DNA of 64,000 nucleotides from a virus (taxonomy: Duplodnaviria > Caudoviricetes): the IMG/VR virus record IMGVR_UViG_3300018012_000099; one strand, given 5' to 3'. Positions within the stretch are counted from its first letter, which is position 1; every line of letters starts with the position of its first letter. The position numbers and the translations under genes were made by a program. Below are positions 1 to 9,889 of the stretch, one piece after another. The notes beneath the pieces are model-generated. The model was not told where the DNA came from, made no database searches, and saw nothing but the letters and a program-made list of their open reading frames with translations.

Positions 1-1815
1 TCGGTTAATGATTTATCCGCTGGTCGTCCAGAACTATTTTACGATCAAATTGCTACCAAGCCATTCGGTCTACAATTGATTGAAAAGATTAGGACTAAGG
101 GCGCTGCTAGCGTAGCAAATCTAGTCAAAAAGGGTCAAGTTCCACCTCCTCCAGCAGGTGGTGATGTAGGTGCTCCACCAGCAGGTGATATGGGAGCTCC
201 AGCAGGTGGTCCTCCAGAGGATACAGGTAAGTCTGGTGATCCAAAGCAAACTGCCATGGAACTAGCTGAAAAGGTTAGAGATTTATCTTCTGATCTTGTG
301 GAAGCTGTTCGTGCTCTAACTGGTGAACAAGCTGAAATGGGTGCAGGTGATGAAGGTTCTAGCGCCCCTCCAACCGCAGGTGGTGCTCCAGCTATGGCTG
401 ATGACAGCAAAATGTCCTCTGCCTCTTTTAGCGCCACTACTTTAAATACTCTCAGACGAGAACTAAATAGCGCGTTAACTCACGCTATGAAGGAAGCCGT
501 TGCAGAACTCAACGATCACAAACAAGAACTTGATATGATCGTCGGTTTGTTCGACAAGGGTGCCGTAGTTGATTCTAACAAGGACACCGTGAGCGCTCTC
601 GCCGACGATGCTTTTAATGAGACTAAGGCTGCTGTTGCTGATGGCTTTAAGCTAATGAATGCTTTCGTCAAGTACGCTCGTGGTACTGAAGCTATTGTCA
701 AGCGCGCTGAGATTGAGTCAGAATTACAAGCACTAGGTGCTGATGAAGGAGATGATATGAACGATGCCAAGAAGTCGAAGGACTCCTCTAAGGACAGTCA
801 CTCCGCTGACGCCGGTGACTTGATGGGTCTAATTAACGACACTAATGCAGATTTAGATGCTGTTCACAGCCTAATGAGCGATGACAACGATCATGTTGGT
901 GAAGAGCCACATGACGAAGCCATGGAACATCTAGAGGGCTTAGCCGCACTAGATGACGAAAATGGTGCCGTTGAAGTCAAGACTCCAGAACAAGCCGCCC
1001 AAGTAACTAAGGCTAACCCAGCAGCTAGTGTAGTGGTTCAAGCTTCTTTGGATACCCGAGAAGGTCGTTCCGCACTACGCGCCAAGTTAGCTGCCGATGC
1101 TCTTGGTAAGGAAGATGATGGAGAAGTTCAAGATGCTTCCAAGATTCAGTTCAGCGATATGCTAGATCAAGCTGACGGTCTTGCTGATGGTCAGACCCAC
1201 TTAGATGTCAAGCCGTCCGATAGCCTCGGATTGGTGGAAACTCTACCAGAAGAAAACAAGGCTATGTTGGAAGTCGCTAAGGCTCCACCAAAGGTTCGTA
1301 AGGAAGCCGAAGCTATTCAAAAGCTTGTTTCCGAAGGTTCCTTGGATCCAGCCGATCTAGATGCTTTAGTAGCAGAAGGTTTGGACAAGGATGCAGTGGC
1401 ATACTGGAAGAAGTATTACAGCCAAACTGATGGCGGTTCTGAATTCGCCAGTGAATTGGTTAAGGAGCATGTGAAGGCTCAACTCGAAGAAGAGTTCAAC
1501 AAGTTCCGTGTTAAGATTGCCAGAGCTTACGAGCTAGCCTATGATATGGCTGAACGTGGTATGTGCAACGGCGACAAGGGCTCTATCTCCCTACAAGTTG
1601 AGGAAATCATGAAGTTTGATGATCCAAGCTTCGAATCTCTTAAGAGAGTGGTTGCCAGAAACCCAGTAGTCGGTATGAAGAAGCAAGCTGGACGCCTTCC
1701 ACTAGTTGGCGTACGTGAGAACGACGAGCTATCCTCCACTGCCAGTGTTGAAGAACAAGGTACGGAATATGATAGACTATCCTCTATGTTCGGTAACAAA
1801 AAGGGCTCATTCTAA
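1..1815 (+). CDS. 5'-truncated putative head scaffold / prohead core protein (C-terminal part)
   Basis: Frame is open from base 1 (SVNDLSAGRPELF...), so the gene starts upstream of the window. Acidic, Ala-rich helical protein with a Pro/Gly linker and strongly biased codons (aag, gct, gac). Lies at the head of the operon leading to the MCP. Function inferred from composition and position. Confidence 0.55.
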   Translation, partial: SVNDLSAGRPELFYDQIATKPFGLQLIEKIRTKGAASVANLVKKGQVPPPPAGGDVGAPPAGDMGAPAGGPPEDTGKSGDPKQTAMELAEKVRDLSSDLVEAVRALTGEQAEMGAGDEGSSAPPTAGGAPAMADDSKMSSASFSATTLNTLRRELNSALTHAMKEAVAELNDHKQELDMIVGLFDKGAVVDSNKDTVSALADDAFNETKAAVADGFKLMNAFVKYARGTEAIVKRAEIESELQALGADEGDDMNDAKKSKDSSKDSHSADAGDLMGLINDTNADLDAVHSLMSDDNDHVGEEPHDEAMEHLEGLAALDDENGAVEVKTPEQAAQVTKANPAASVVVQASLDTREGRSALRAKLAADALGKEDDGEVQDASKIQFSDMLDQADGLADGQTHLDVKPSDSLGLVETLPEENKAMLEVAKAPPKVRKEAEAIQKLVSEGSLDPADLDALVAEGLDKDAVAYWKKYYSQTDGGSEFASELVKEHVKAQLEEEFNKFRVKIARAYELAYDMAERGMCNGDKGSISLQVEEIMKFDDPSFESLKRVVARNPVVGMKKQAGRLPLVGVRENDELSSTASVEEQGTEYDRLSSMFGNKKGSF

Positions 1816-1844
1816 AACTAGCTAACTAGGAAATAGGACTTACA

Positions 1845-2576
1845 ATGAAAAACAACAGTGTATCAGATTTCGTAGCTGCATCCATGGATGCAGCTCTGAA
1901 GAGCCAAGAATACAAGACCCTCTTTGGTACTCAGTATAAGTATGCTGACGACCAAAATGATGCCAAGAAAGAAACCATGTGTGCCAAACACGGTGAAATG
2001 GATTCTTGCATGGCTGATGACAATGACGCCAAGAAGAAGGACTCCTCTAAAGATTCTTCCAGTGCCTCGGATCAAAATGATGCTCGTAAGAGCAAGGATT
2101 CCTCATCTTCCTCCTCTTCTTCTAGCAAGGATTCTTCCTCTGCTGATGATCAGGCAGCTAAAGCTAAGAAGGATTCTAAGGATTCCAGTAGCGCAGATGA
2201 TCAAGATGCCAAGAAAAAGGATTCTAAGGACTCTAGCTCTGCTGATGATTCCGAGGAAAAGGTTTCCAGCGCTTTCGATGTGGCTATTGACAGCTTGCTA
2301 ACTGCTTCTGCTGCTTTAGATTCTGTTGGTCTCGGACGTGGTTCCGCCCTCAGCTTGAAGCTAGCTTCCTTGGTTGTTGAAGCCAAGAAGAAGGACAAGG
2401 ACTCTAAGAAGTCTTCTAAGGACTCCAAGAAGAGTGATTCTAACTCCGCTAAGGACAAGAAGCACAGCAAGGATTCCAAGGATTCTAAGAAGAGCGATTC
2501 CCATTCCGCTAAGGATAAGAAGAGCGATTCTAAGAAGTCTGACTCTAAGGACTCTAAGAAGTCTTCTAAGAAGTAA
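1845..2576 (+). CDS. Lys/Asp/Ser-rich low-complexity protein, putative internal head protein
   Basis: 243-aa ORF with AGGA RBS. Repeated (A)DD-x-x-DAKK and KDSKKS units; near-exclusive AAG Lys codons. Confidence 0.7.
   Translation: MKNNSVSDFVAASMDAALKSQEYKTLFGTQYKYADDQNDAKKETMCAKHGEMDSCMADDNDAKKKDSSKDSSSASDQNDARKSKDSSSSSSSSSKDSSSADDQAAKAKKDSKDSSSADDQDAKKKDSKDSSSADDSEEKVSSAFDVAIDSLLTASAALDSVGLGRGSALSLKLASLVVEAKKKDKDSKKSSKDSKKSDSNSAKDKKHSKDSKDSKKSDSHSAKDKKSDSKKSDSKDSKKSSKK
2030..2573 (+). repeat. Degenerate coding repeats (aaggattctaag / aaggactctaagaagtcttctaag)
   Basis: Multiple imperfect copies encoding KDSK, KDSS and KKSDS, interrupted by one non-repetitive helical segment. Confidence 0.8.
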
Positions 2577-2584
2577 GGGATCCC

Positions 2585-2800
2585 ATGTTCAAGAACAGCT
2601 TTGAGAACGAAATATTTCGTTCGATGGAGAAAACTCTAGTCAAAAATCAGACTGAGAACAACACGCACGGACTGAATAAGTTAGCTAAAGCTGTAGATTA
2701 TTTGAACGACGCTGCTGTTATCTTTGAGCGTGCAGGTATGACCCAAGAAGCCGATCTCATCACTGAGGTACTAGCTGGTTTAGCCAAGGATCTCAAATGA
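2585..2800 (+). CDS. Small helical protein, paralog of the N-terminus of 2797-3639
   Basis: FENEI...M and LxxAxxxFERAGMTQEAD align with FENEL...M and LHAALEILEDAGLSRHAD of the next gene. Confidence 0.75.
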   Translation: MFKNSFENEIFRSMEKTLVKNQTENNTHGLNKLAKAVDYLNDAAVIFERAGMTQEADLITEVLAGLAKDLK

Positions 2801-3639
2801 TTAAAAAGAGTGTCTTTGAAAATGAATTGATTGCAGGAATGCAGCAGGAACTGCGCAAACAAGCCTCAGGTGAAACGCCCGATCTTGTGAAGGCGGGAGA
2901 ATGTTTGCATGCTGCCTTGGAGATTTTAGAAGACGCAGGCTTATCACGCCATGCCGATAAGGTATTGGGCATTCTGCACAAGATTGCTGCTGATTCAACT
3001 AAGCGCATTCACAAAGTACCTACCCTTCAAGAATTAATGAGACATGGTTTAACCACCGAAGATATTCAATCTTTCGGGCGTGGTGACACTGGTGCCAAGA
3101 TGAAGATGAACTTGGTGCTTCGTAAAATGGACTTAGGAGAGCACGAAATTGCTCAGTTTATTGGTAAGCACAATGTGGTACCAGAACACGAACTAAAAAC
3201 CTATCAAAAATTCATGGGATGGATGCAAGATCCATTTAAAGTTGACGAAGGACCAGTTCAGCCGGGACAAACTGTGGAACTACAAAGTTTACCACAGTTA
3301 CCAGAAAATGAGAGTAATAAGCCAGTGGGTGAAGAAATTACTTTCAAGAGTTTGGCGAGTAAACCAGGACGTCCTGACAGGATTTCTGATGTTCATACTA
3401 AGAAATTAACGCCCGCTAAAATGGTGGAAAATCTTAAGCATCACGGCACTGAATTTAATATGCCAGATTTAGGTTGGGCTGACTTTGATCCAGAATTAGC
3501 TGATGCTCTGGATGCTCACAGTGCTGATGAAATGAATATTGAAGATATTTTTGATGCCGATATTGCTGATGACACTTTGGAAGTTTCCGACCTAGTTCCA
3601 CTAGAAGACTTCGAAGATGAAGTATCTTCTCCGAAGTAA
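2797..3639 (+). CDS. Putative internal head protein with acidic C-terminus
   Basis: 280-aa ORF translationally coupled by ATGA overlap. Shared N-terminal module, KQA/KIA motifs, Asp-rich tail. Confidence 0.65.
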   Translation: MIKKSVFENELIAGMQQELRKQASGETPDLVKAGECLHAALEILEDAGLSRHADKVLGILHKIAADSTKRIHKVPTLQELMRHGLTTEDIQSFGRGDTGAKMKMNLVLRKMDLGEHEIAQFIGKHNVVPEHELKTYQKFMGWMQDPFKVDEGPVQPGQTVELQSLPQLPENESNKPVGEEITFKSLASKPGRPDRISDVHTKKLTPAKMVENLKHHGTEFNMPDLGWADFDPELADALDAHSADEMNIEDIFDADIADDTLEVSDLVPLEDFEDEVSSPK

Positions 3640-3655
3640 TTCAAAGTGTGGATGA

Positions 3656-4495
3656 TTAAGTTAGTTCACAAAATTCTTTGTATTTATCGTATTTGCGTGG
3701 CAAATAAATAGTCGTGTCTTGATACAACCAGTCCAATACTTTTTTGACTTGCAGATTACCACCGACAGAAAGAACGGTAGTGATTTGATTAGTTTTGGGT
3801 TTGGACAGCGATATAGAACAGTGAATGTCTAATTTGTTTTCTAGTAAATCTTTGACTACCAAGCAGAATTGTCCTGTGGAAGTAATTTGCCAGCCCCAGT
3901 CTACCTGTCCTGTTTTCGTGGGTTTTCGAGCATATAAGCTCCCATCACCATCGAAGTAGCCCCTGATAAAATGTTGCTGCAATTTTGGGTCAACCAGCCA
4001 CTCTGGCCATGTTAGGATCAAACTCTTGACTGGAATACATCCCAATTTGGTGAGTTGTTGTGTTAGTAATTTACTGTTAATTCGTAGACGATAATATATT
4101 TCTGATACACTTGAATCGCTTACTATTTCAACAGAAGATAGTGGAGAAATCAAATCTCGAAATCTTTCCAATATCACTTTATCTTTCTCTTGTAACTTGA
4201 TGCTTATCTCGTAACTGTGGGCTTTCTTCACATAATTATTACCATCAGCATACATAAATCCCAATGTGTATGCTTTTTCTTCCGTGTCAATTATGTCAAA
4301 GAAATTTTCGTTGGGTATATATTTTCTTGTATATGACTGTGTAATTCTTCTTTGTATGCCGCATCTTTTCAAAGTGTTCATAATGAAAGTTTGAGAACAG
4401 CCGCATTTTTCAGCTACCTGATAAGTGTCCAGACCAGACGTATAAAGAGCAACTATAGTGGAGTCGAGTTCAGGAGATGATTTTATTTTCTGCAT
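3656..4495 (-). mobile_element. Free-standing two-motif LAGLIDADG homing endonuclease with N-terminal HTH
   Basis: AYTLGFMYADG and FIRGYFDGDG motifs plus WLY...LPRKY tail. AT-rich and opposite to operon orientation. Confidence 0.9.
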
Positions 4496-4602
4496 ATTTA
4501 AGTATATAACCAGCCCGGTTGAAGTTTTTGTGAGGAATGAATGAAAATAACTAGAATGCCGAACATTGCGGCTCCAAAAAACTCAATGATTTCAGGTAGT
4601 TA

Positions 4603-5292
4603 ATGTTGCGCTTGGTCCAAGTCGGAAATACTTTACCTGTCTCTTTTATTTGTGATCCAAGCGCGGAGTTTCAACCAGGTATGGTGGCCGAGCTTACTGT
4701 TATTGGTAACCAAGTGATGGCTACTGTCAGTAACGGCACTGCTCCGCTTGGTATTATTGACGATATCAAAACCAAAGCTTTTACCAATGTCAGCTGGAAC
4801 GAAGTAATTATCGTCCCGGCTATTGGTGTTCCGGGACCTAATAATACTATCGTGACGCCAGTAGATATTAAAGCGGAACTGAGAAGACCAAATATTGTTC
4901 CTACCAGTTTCAGTTCGACTGTTAATGTTCTATTAAATCCAATTAATGGAGTTATTACCTTCGTGGCTGGCACTCAGCTTAATTTCGATGCTGCTGGTAC
5001 AGGTACTCCTAACGCTATTCGTTCAGTAGTTAATTATACCTATCAAGTAGCCAATATTCCTGGCGATGATAGCACCCAGGGTTCTGGTCGTATGACCGTT
5101 TGGTTTGAAAGAATGTTTTTTCAAACCGATCAATATGAATCTAACCAACAATATCCTGTCCGTGCTAATTTATATTGTAGTGAAGTTGGGCAATTAACTA
5201 CTCGCCGTCCTAGCCCTATTCATCCAGCCATAGGGATGGTAACAGCTCCACCCACTCCAATGAACCCTATGATCGAGATTTTATTTTTTTAA
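4603..5292 (+). CDS. Capsid decoration/cement-like protein, paralog of 11293-12093
   Basis: DSTQGSGRMTVW matches HTATGSGKVTCW of 11293-12093; beta-rich. Confidence 0.55.
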   Translation: MLRLVQVGNTLPVSFICDPSAEFQPGMVAELTVIGNQVMATVSNGTAPLGIIDDIKTKAFTNVSWNEVIIVPAIGVPGPNNTIVTPVDIKAELRRPNIVPTSFSSTVNVLLNPINGVITFVAGTQLNFDAAGTGTPNAIRSVVNYTYQVANIPGDDSTQGSGRMTVWFERMFFQTDQYESNQQYPVRANLYCSEVGQLTTRRPSPIHPAIGMVTAPPTPMNPMIEILFF

Positions 5293-5360
5293 TTCGGAAT
5301 ACGAGTTGAAAGCATGGTTTGCGTCTACTGCATTATGGTAGATTAAATTCTTTATCTGAC

Positions 5361-5375
5361 TAATATCTCAGCATA
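5361..5375 (+). promoter_or_regulatory. Putative late promoter/operator, TAATA-N6-CATA
   Basis: taata tctcag cata in the intergenic region before 5406; same spacing recurs before many structural genes. Confidence 0.5.
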
Positions 5376-5405
5376 ATATAGACAAATCAACCGTTGGGGC
5401 TATTT

Positions 5406-6605
5406 ATGACTTTTAAACATGTGAAATTTGAGGATTCTCCTGTAATGCGCTCTTTAGAGAGGGTGGCGCAGCAAAAGGGATTGGTTAAGGCAGATTCCCT
5501 TCAAAAAACAGCTGTTGCTAAGAAGATTGTTTCCAACTTAGTACCTACTGAAAGTTTACTTGACAACGTTCTTAGGTTATGTGTTGGTTTGCGAGAACGC
5601 GGATTCGATAAACAAGCTGAAGATTTGGAAACTCACCTGTCCAACTACAAGAAAGCTCAAACGTTATATGAAACTTCTCCTGAAAAGGGAGAAGATGTAA
5701 TTGAGTTTGCGCATCCAGAAGGTAGTCATAAACTCGAGGGAGTAGATGCTAAGGATGATGGTGCCGTCTTTGAAGATATTCTAGATCAAATGGCTAAGTC
5801 CATTGAAATGGTCAACAAGAAACCAACTGGCAAATTATCTGAAGCTCAAAAAGCTATTCAAGCTGTAAAGGTAACTCTAGGTGCCGCCCCTTTAGACGTT
5901 AATTCTCTATACGCCCAGGCACAAGATGCGTTAGAGAAGTTTCGTAGTACTATGGGTAGTATTGCTACCATGATGGGCGAAAATGCCAGCACTAATTCTG
6001 AGTATTTGGATGGCATCAAAAATGTGTTAGATAAGAAACAAGTCTACCAAATGACCTCCGGTCATTTATATGGTCGCACTCCGGTAGCCTCTATTCTGCT
6101 TAATGTCTATGACAATTTTAAAAATACTATGGAACCTAGCTATCTTAATCCATTTGGTTGGGGCGGACCTTCCGCTTGGAGCCCCAAACAAGAACAGGCT
6201 TGGCAAGAAGTACAGAAGTATTTTCCCGTGTTGAAAAAGTATGCCGATCGATTTCACACTGTGGTTTCTCAAATTAATGATATCGAGAGCGGCGTCGCCA
6301 CCAAAGCCGATCAAGAAGCGGTCTCACAATTCGATCCTGAAGGTCCCGCCAATATCCTAATTAGTAAACTACAGGGTTTGAAAGAGACCATCAATACAGA
6401 TATTTCTAAAATTCAACAAAAGAAACTACCCAACGCTAATGATTTGGTTGGCTGGTTAAATAAAGCTAGAGATAATTTCGTAACCAAATATATGCAAGAA
6501 TTAACTGCTTCGGATAAGGGAGAGCAAGTAACCGCTGATTATGGCGCTAAATACAATAATCTTAAATCCAAGATTGATGCCTTTGAACAAAGGTGGTTAG
6601 CATGA
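5406..6605 (+). CDS. Putative internal head / ejection protein, N-terminal paralog of 9890-11179
   Basis: ORF track start is 5394; ATG at 5406 is more likely. VAQQKGLV, FAHPE and VNKKPTGKL match IAEEKGLV, IAHPE and VNKNSPDGQL in 9890-11179. Confidence 0.6.
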   Translation: MTFKHVKFEDSPVMRSLERVAQQKGLVKADSLQKTAVAKKIVSNLVPTESLLDNVLRLCVGLRERGFDKQAEDLETHLSNYKKAQTLYETSPEKGEDVIEFAHPEGSHKLEGVDAKDDGAVFEDILDQMAKSIEMVNKKPTGKLSEAQKAIQAVKVTLGAAPLDVNSLYAQAQDALEKFRSTMGSIATMMGENASTNSEYLDGIKNVLDKKQVYQMTSGHLYGRTPVASILLNVYDNFKNTMEPSYLNPFGWGGPSAWSPKQEQAWQEVQKYFPVLKKYADRFHTVVSQINDIESGVATKADQEAVSQFDPEGPANILISKLQGLKETINTDISKIQQKKLPNANDLVGWLNKARDNFVTKYMQELTASDKGEQVTADYGAKYNNLKSKIDAFEQRWLA

Positions 6606-7687
6606 ACGGTAAGAAAGGTTTAGTCAACCTGATTAAAAAGGTAGCACAGGAATTAGAGGACGCTCCGGGAGTGACTCCTAAGAGAGCTCCTGCGCCACCA
6701 CCGCCCAATTTGCCGCCCCCTCCCCCTCCGCCCATTGGGACGCCGGCACCCGCCGATTCAGTTGTCCCTAGCGAGGCGAAGTCAGTCGAATCAATGGAGC
6801 CCCCCGCCAGCATCGTGAGGATGCAAACAGAATTAAAGAATTTGGCTAATACCATGACCAGCCAAGTGGATCTGAAACAATTGGCTGGACCTCAGGGTGC
6901 AGTTGGACCAGATCCCACCCGAGAACAAAAACAAGCCTATGGACGTATGTCTTTCGCTGATTTTATTACCCAGCACTACACCAGAGACTCCGATATTCCG
7001 GGTGTAGAGTTTGATTGGGATCCAACCAAAACTGACATGAAGGATAAAGATCCTTCCAAACCAATTCGTACTAATGTAGTAATGGATACCATGCAAAGAA
7101 TTGGTCAGCCGGAAAGCGAGTTTAAGATTGATGGTATTTGGGGTCCTAGAACTAATGCTTCTTTGCGTAACGCCTATGCTATGGCTTTTGGTATGCTGAA
7201 AATGGCTACAGATTTCAAATATCAACCTCGTGCATATAATCAACGTAATTTGCAAGCCTTGAAGGAATTGATTCCACATTCTGCCAACGAAATTTCTATT
7301 CAAGAGAAGATTGAGAGGGCTGGCGAGATTTCTAAACACTTACAGTTGATTAGGGCTCTATATCGAGAAATAGAAACAAATATTTTTAATAGGAAAGAGT
7401 TCCAGCCTTATATTGATGGTACGCAACCTTATGCTACTTATGCTCCAGGCAAGGCGTTGGATCCTCGTATGATTGATGAGCTCAACCAGAAGTTTATTAA
7501 CATGAAGGTAATGGGAACTGTTGATGGTAAAAATGTTGCTGTTCCTATTTTGGTAAGTGATTTGGTGAGTACGCAAGCTTTAACAGACTGGCAGAAGAAG
7601 AATATGCCAAGTATGTCTCTTGTAGATATTTTATCTCAGATTAAAAAACACTTAGATAGTACTGATCCTGCTAAAAGGACACAATAA
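6602..7687 (+). CDS. Putative internal/ejection protein with polyproline tract and peptidoglycan-binding-like motif
   Basis: ATG at 6602 overlaps the previous stop. KKVAQ near the N-terminus; APPPPPNLPPPPPPP; IDGIWGPRTNASL resembles the PG_binding_1 DGxxGPxT signature. Confidence 0.55.
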   Translation: MNGKKGLVNLIKKVAQELEDAPGVTPKRAPAPPPPNLPPPPPPPIGTPAPADSVVPSEAKSVESMEPPASIVRMQTELKNLANTMTSQVDLKQLAGPQGAVGPDPTREQKQAYGRMSFADFITQHYTRDSDIPGVEFDWDPTKTDMKDKDPSKPIRTNVVMDTMQRIGQPESEFKIDGIWGPRTNASLRNAYAMAFGMLKMATDFKYQPRAYNQRNLQALKELIPHSANEISIQEKIERAGEISKHLQLIRALYREIETNIFNRKEFQPYIDGTQPYATYAPGKALDPRMIDELNQKFINMKVMGTVDGKNVAVPILVSDLVSTQALTDWQKKNMPSMSLVDILSQIKKHLDSTDPAKRTQ

Positions 7688-8832
7688 TGACTTTTATTCT
7701 TGAAGATAAACAATTAGTAGATACGCTACTTAGATACGCTCAAGCCGCACAACCACAGAGATATATGGCTGTCAGCCCAGAGGATGTTAATGTCGTGCGT
7801 GGTCTAATTGGTGATCTAGAACAGAAGTTATCTGGAGAAGCTGTTGCTGTGGAACCGGAAATTACTACTGGCAGTGAACAAAATGCCGCGCTTTCCAGCT
7901 CCAATATGAAAAATCTGAGTACCTTAGTTAATTGGTTGGGTATGAATGGTATCAAAGTCAATGGTAAGAACGTAGTAGTCGGATGGGATGATTTGCCTAA
8001 TGATCCGTCTTATGTAGCATACCAATTTGAAGGAGATCAAACTTTTAGACCTTCTAATCAATTGGTTTTTAAGGTCAATAAGGAATTACTGGCTCAATAT
8101 CTCAACAGTTTACGAAGTCAATTATCCAAATTACCTAACCCAGTGATGCAAGCCCAAGTAGATGGGTTGGTTCGTGAAGCTAACGAACAATTAGGTACCG
8201 GTGTGGGTAAAGACCACCCAGAGGTGAAACAAACTCCCGATTCTAAGTCAAGTGGTAATGCTTCGCCAAATCAACCGGGACCAAGTGGTGCGCCACAAGC
8301 CGCTACTCTGCAACAACTGGCAGACATTTTACCATTACAGAGAGATGTATTGGATTTTGGAAGAGTCAGAGATTTTATTAATCACTATCGTAGTTTGGTG
8401 GGTGCAAGTACCGATCCAAATAGAGCACAACAAGCTAATGTAGCGATGGATCAGGCGGAACAGTTTATGCAAGCCGCTACTAAAAATACCTTGGGTCAAA
8501 GTATGACTACTTTTCATATGGACGGATTGTCAGCTAATGATTTGAAAGAATGGTCTACTCCTCCTGATCCGGGTCAAGCCGCTCGTACTCGTGGTAGTGC
8601 TAGGGCCTTAGCCGACTATCTAGAACAGGTAGTACGACAGGTGTATGTCATTGTTAAAGATTTATACAACTCGCACTATCAACAGCTCAGAGATCCAAGA
8701 TTATCTGATTTAAATCTGGCTATTCAACAACAAGTAGGTGGTCCCAGCATCCCATTTGGGAGCTCTTTAGCTAGTTCTAACATGGATGATATTCAAACGG
8801 CTCGTGCCAGATTGCCACAAGTAGGAGCCTAA
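7687..8832 (+). CDS. Putative internal head / ejection protein
   Basis: 381-aa coupled ORF; LLRYAQ at residues 13-18; Gln/Ala-rich helical. Confidence 0.55.
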   Translation: MTFILEDKQLVDTLLRYAQAAQPQRYMAVSPEDVNVVRGLIGDLEQKLSGEAVAVEPEITTGSEQNAALSSSNMKNLSTLVNWLGMNGIKVNGKNVVVGWDDLPNDPSYVAYQFEGDQTFRPSNQLVFKVNKELLAQYLNSLRSQLSKLPNPVMQAQVDGLVREANEQLGTGVGKDHPEVKQTPDSKSSGNASPNQPGPSGAPQAATLQQLADILPLQRDVLDFGRVRDFINHYRSLVGASTDPNRAQQANVAMDQAEQFMQAATKNTLGQSMTTFHMDGLSANDLKEWSTPPDPGQAARTRGSARALADYLEQVVRQVYVIVKDLYNSHYQQLRDPRLSDLNLAIQQQVGGPSIPFGSSLASSNMDDIQTARARLPQVGA

Positions 8833-9842
8833 TGACTAAAGGTAATGCCAGTTTTTATCTAGATACACAGCTCGTTGAAACAGTTTTAGGAGATGGTAAA
8901 TTCACCAAAACTGCGCAGGCTGGAATTTTGTCTGGATTGGGGGGCATGGTTAAAGAATATTTTGGTGCTCACTTCGATCCCAACGATAAGGAGGGTAGCG
9001 TCATTAATATGTTAGCTCCCGCCGCCATTTCCTCTCTCTTCCGTGCTTTTGGTTTTGGTAAGCTGGGGTTGCTATTTGGTGTAGCTGCTAGTGCTTTACA
9101 TTTGGATGTAGCGAGTATGATTCGTAGTATCTACGAGCGTCTCAAAGTATCTATTGGAAAGGGTCAGGTTACACCATCCGAAGTAGATGGCGCAGTTAAT
9201 GAAGCTATCCAAGAGCATACCACTTCCCCACAAGAAAATGACCAGTCCCCCGCTTTCGATAAGAGAAATTTCGATAAAGAAATAAGAGATGCTCGCATAG
9301 TGCGTTTAGCTTTAGAGCAATATGAAACACAATTGTTTCAATTAACCAAAGAAGGCGCTCCCGCCCGTGGTTGGTTTTCTAGTGCCAAGCGTTCTGCTAC
9401 TGGTAACTTGATTGGTCGTATTATCGGATGGGTTTTTAAACTTATTCTAATGTCGGCAGGTTTTATGGTAGCTGGAGACATCGCCAACAAACTATTAGGT
9501 CGTCCTAATGCTCTAGATCATACTTATCAGGCAGCCCCTTCCAGCGAAAATAGCATCACTTCACATCCCGCATCTTCTAATGTGTGGATAGAACACGTGA
9601 CCAATGATCCAAATTCCATCGAGAATATGTTGCTTGGTTTTACCAGGGATATTTATCCGAATTTAGTGGGTAAAGAAGATGCTATTAAAAAATCTCCTAC
9701 TTTTCAAGCCATTAAAGATCAAATTGTTTGGTATAACCATACGGCTGCGGGAGAGCCGGAGGTCTATATTCCAGCAATATATACAGATAAGAAATCTCTA
9801 GTGGATCGTTACATCAATGAGGTGACCAAAAATGCATCTTGA
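8832..9842 (+). CDS. Putative membrane-active ejection protein
   Basis: FTKTAQ near the N-terminus, then Gly/Ala-rich hydrophobic segments (LFRAFGFGKLGLLFGVAASAL; LIGRIIGWVFKLILMSAGFMVAG). Confidence 0.5.
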   Translation: MTKGNASFYLDTQLVETVLGDGKFTKTAQAGILSGLGGMVKEYFGAHFDPNDKEGSVINMLAPAAISSLFRAFGFGKLGLLFGVAASALHLDVASMIRSIYERLKVSIGKGQVTPSEVDGAVNEAIQEHTTSPQENDQSPAFDKRNFDKEIRDARIVRLALEQYETQLFQLTKEGAPARGWFSSAKRSATGNLIGRIIGWVFKLILMSAGFMVAGDIANKLLGRPNALDHTYQAAPSSENSITSHPASSNVWIEHVTNDPNSIENMLLGFTRDIYPNLVGKEDAIKKSPTFQAIKDQIVWYNHTAAGEPEVYIPAIYTDKKSLVDRYINEVTKNAS

Positions 9843-9889
9843 TTACCTGCATATCCAAGCATATTCATATAATTTACCATGGTGGGATA

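Noticed and set aside
2030-2573. CRISPR-like array
   Set aside because: The repeats are degenerate, in frame and protein-coding, with no constant repeat and unique spacer structure.
2585-3639. Single frameshifted gene split in two
   Set aside because: The two ORFs begin with paralogous N-termini and overlap by ATGA, consistent with tandem duplication and translational coupling.
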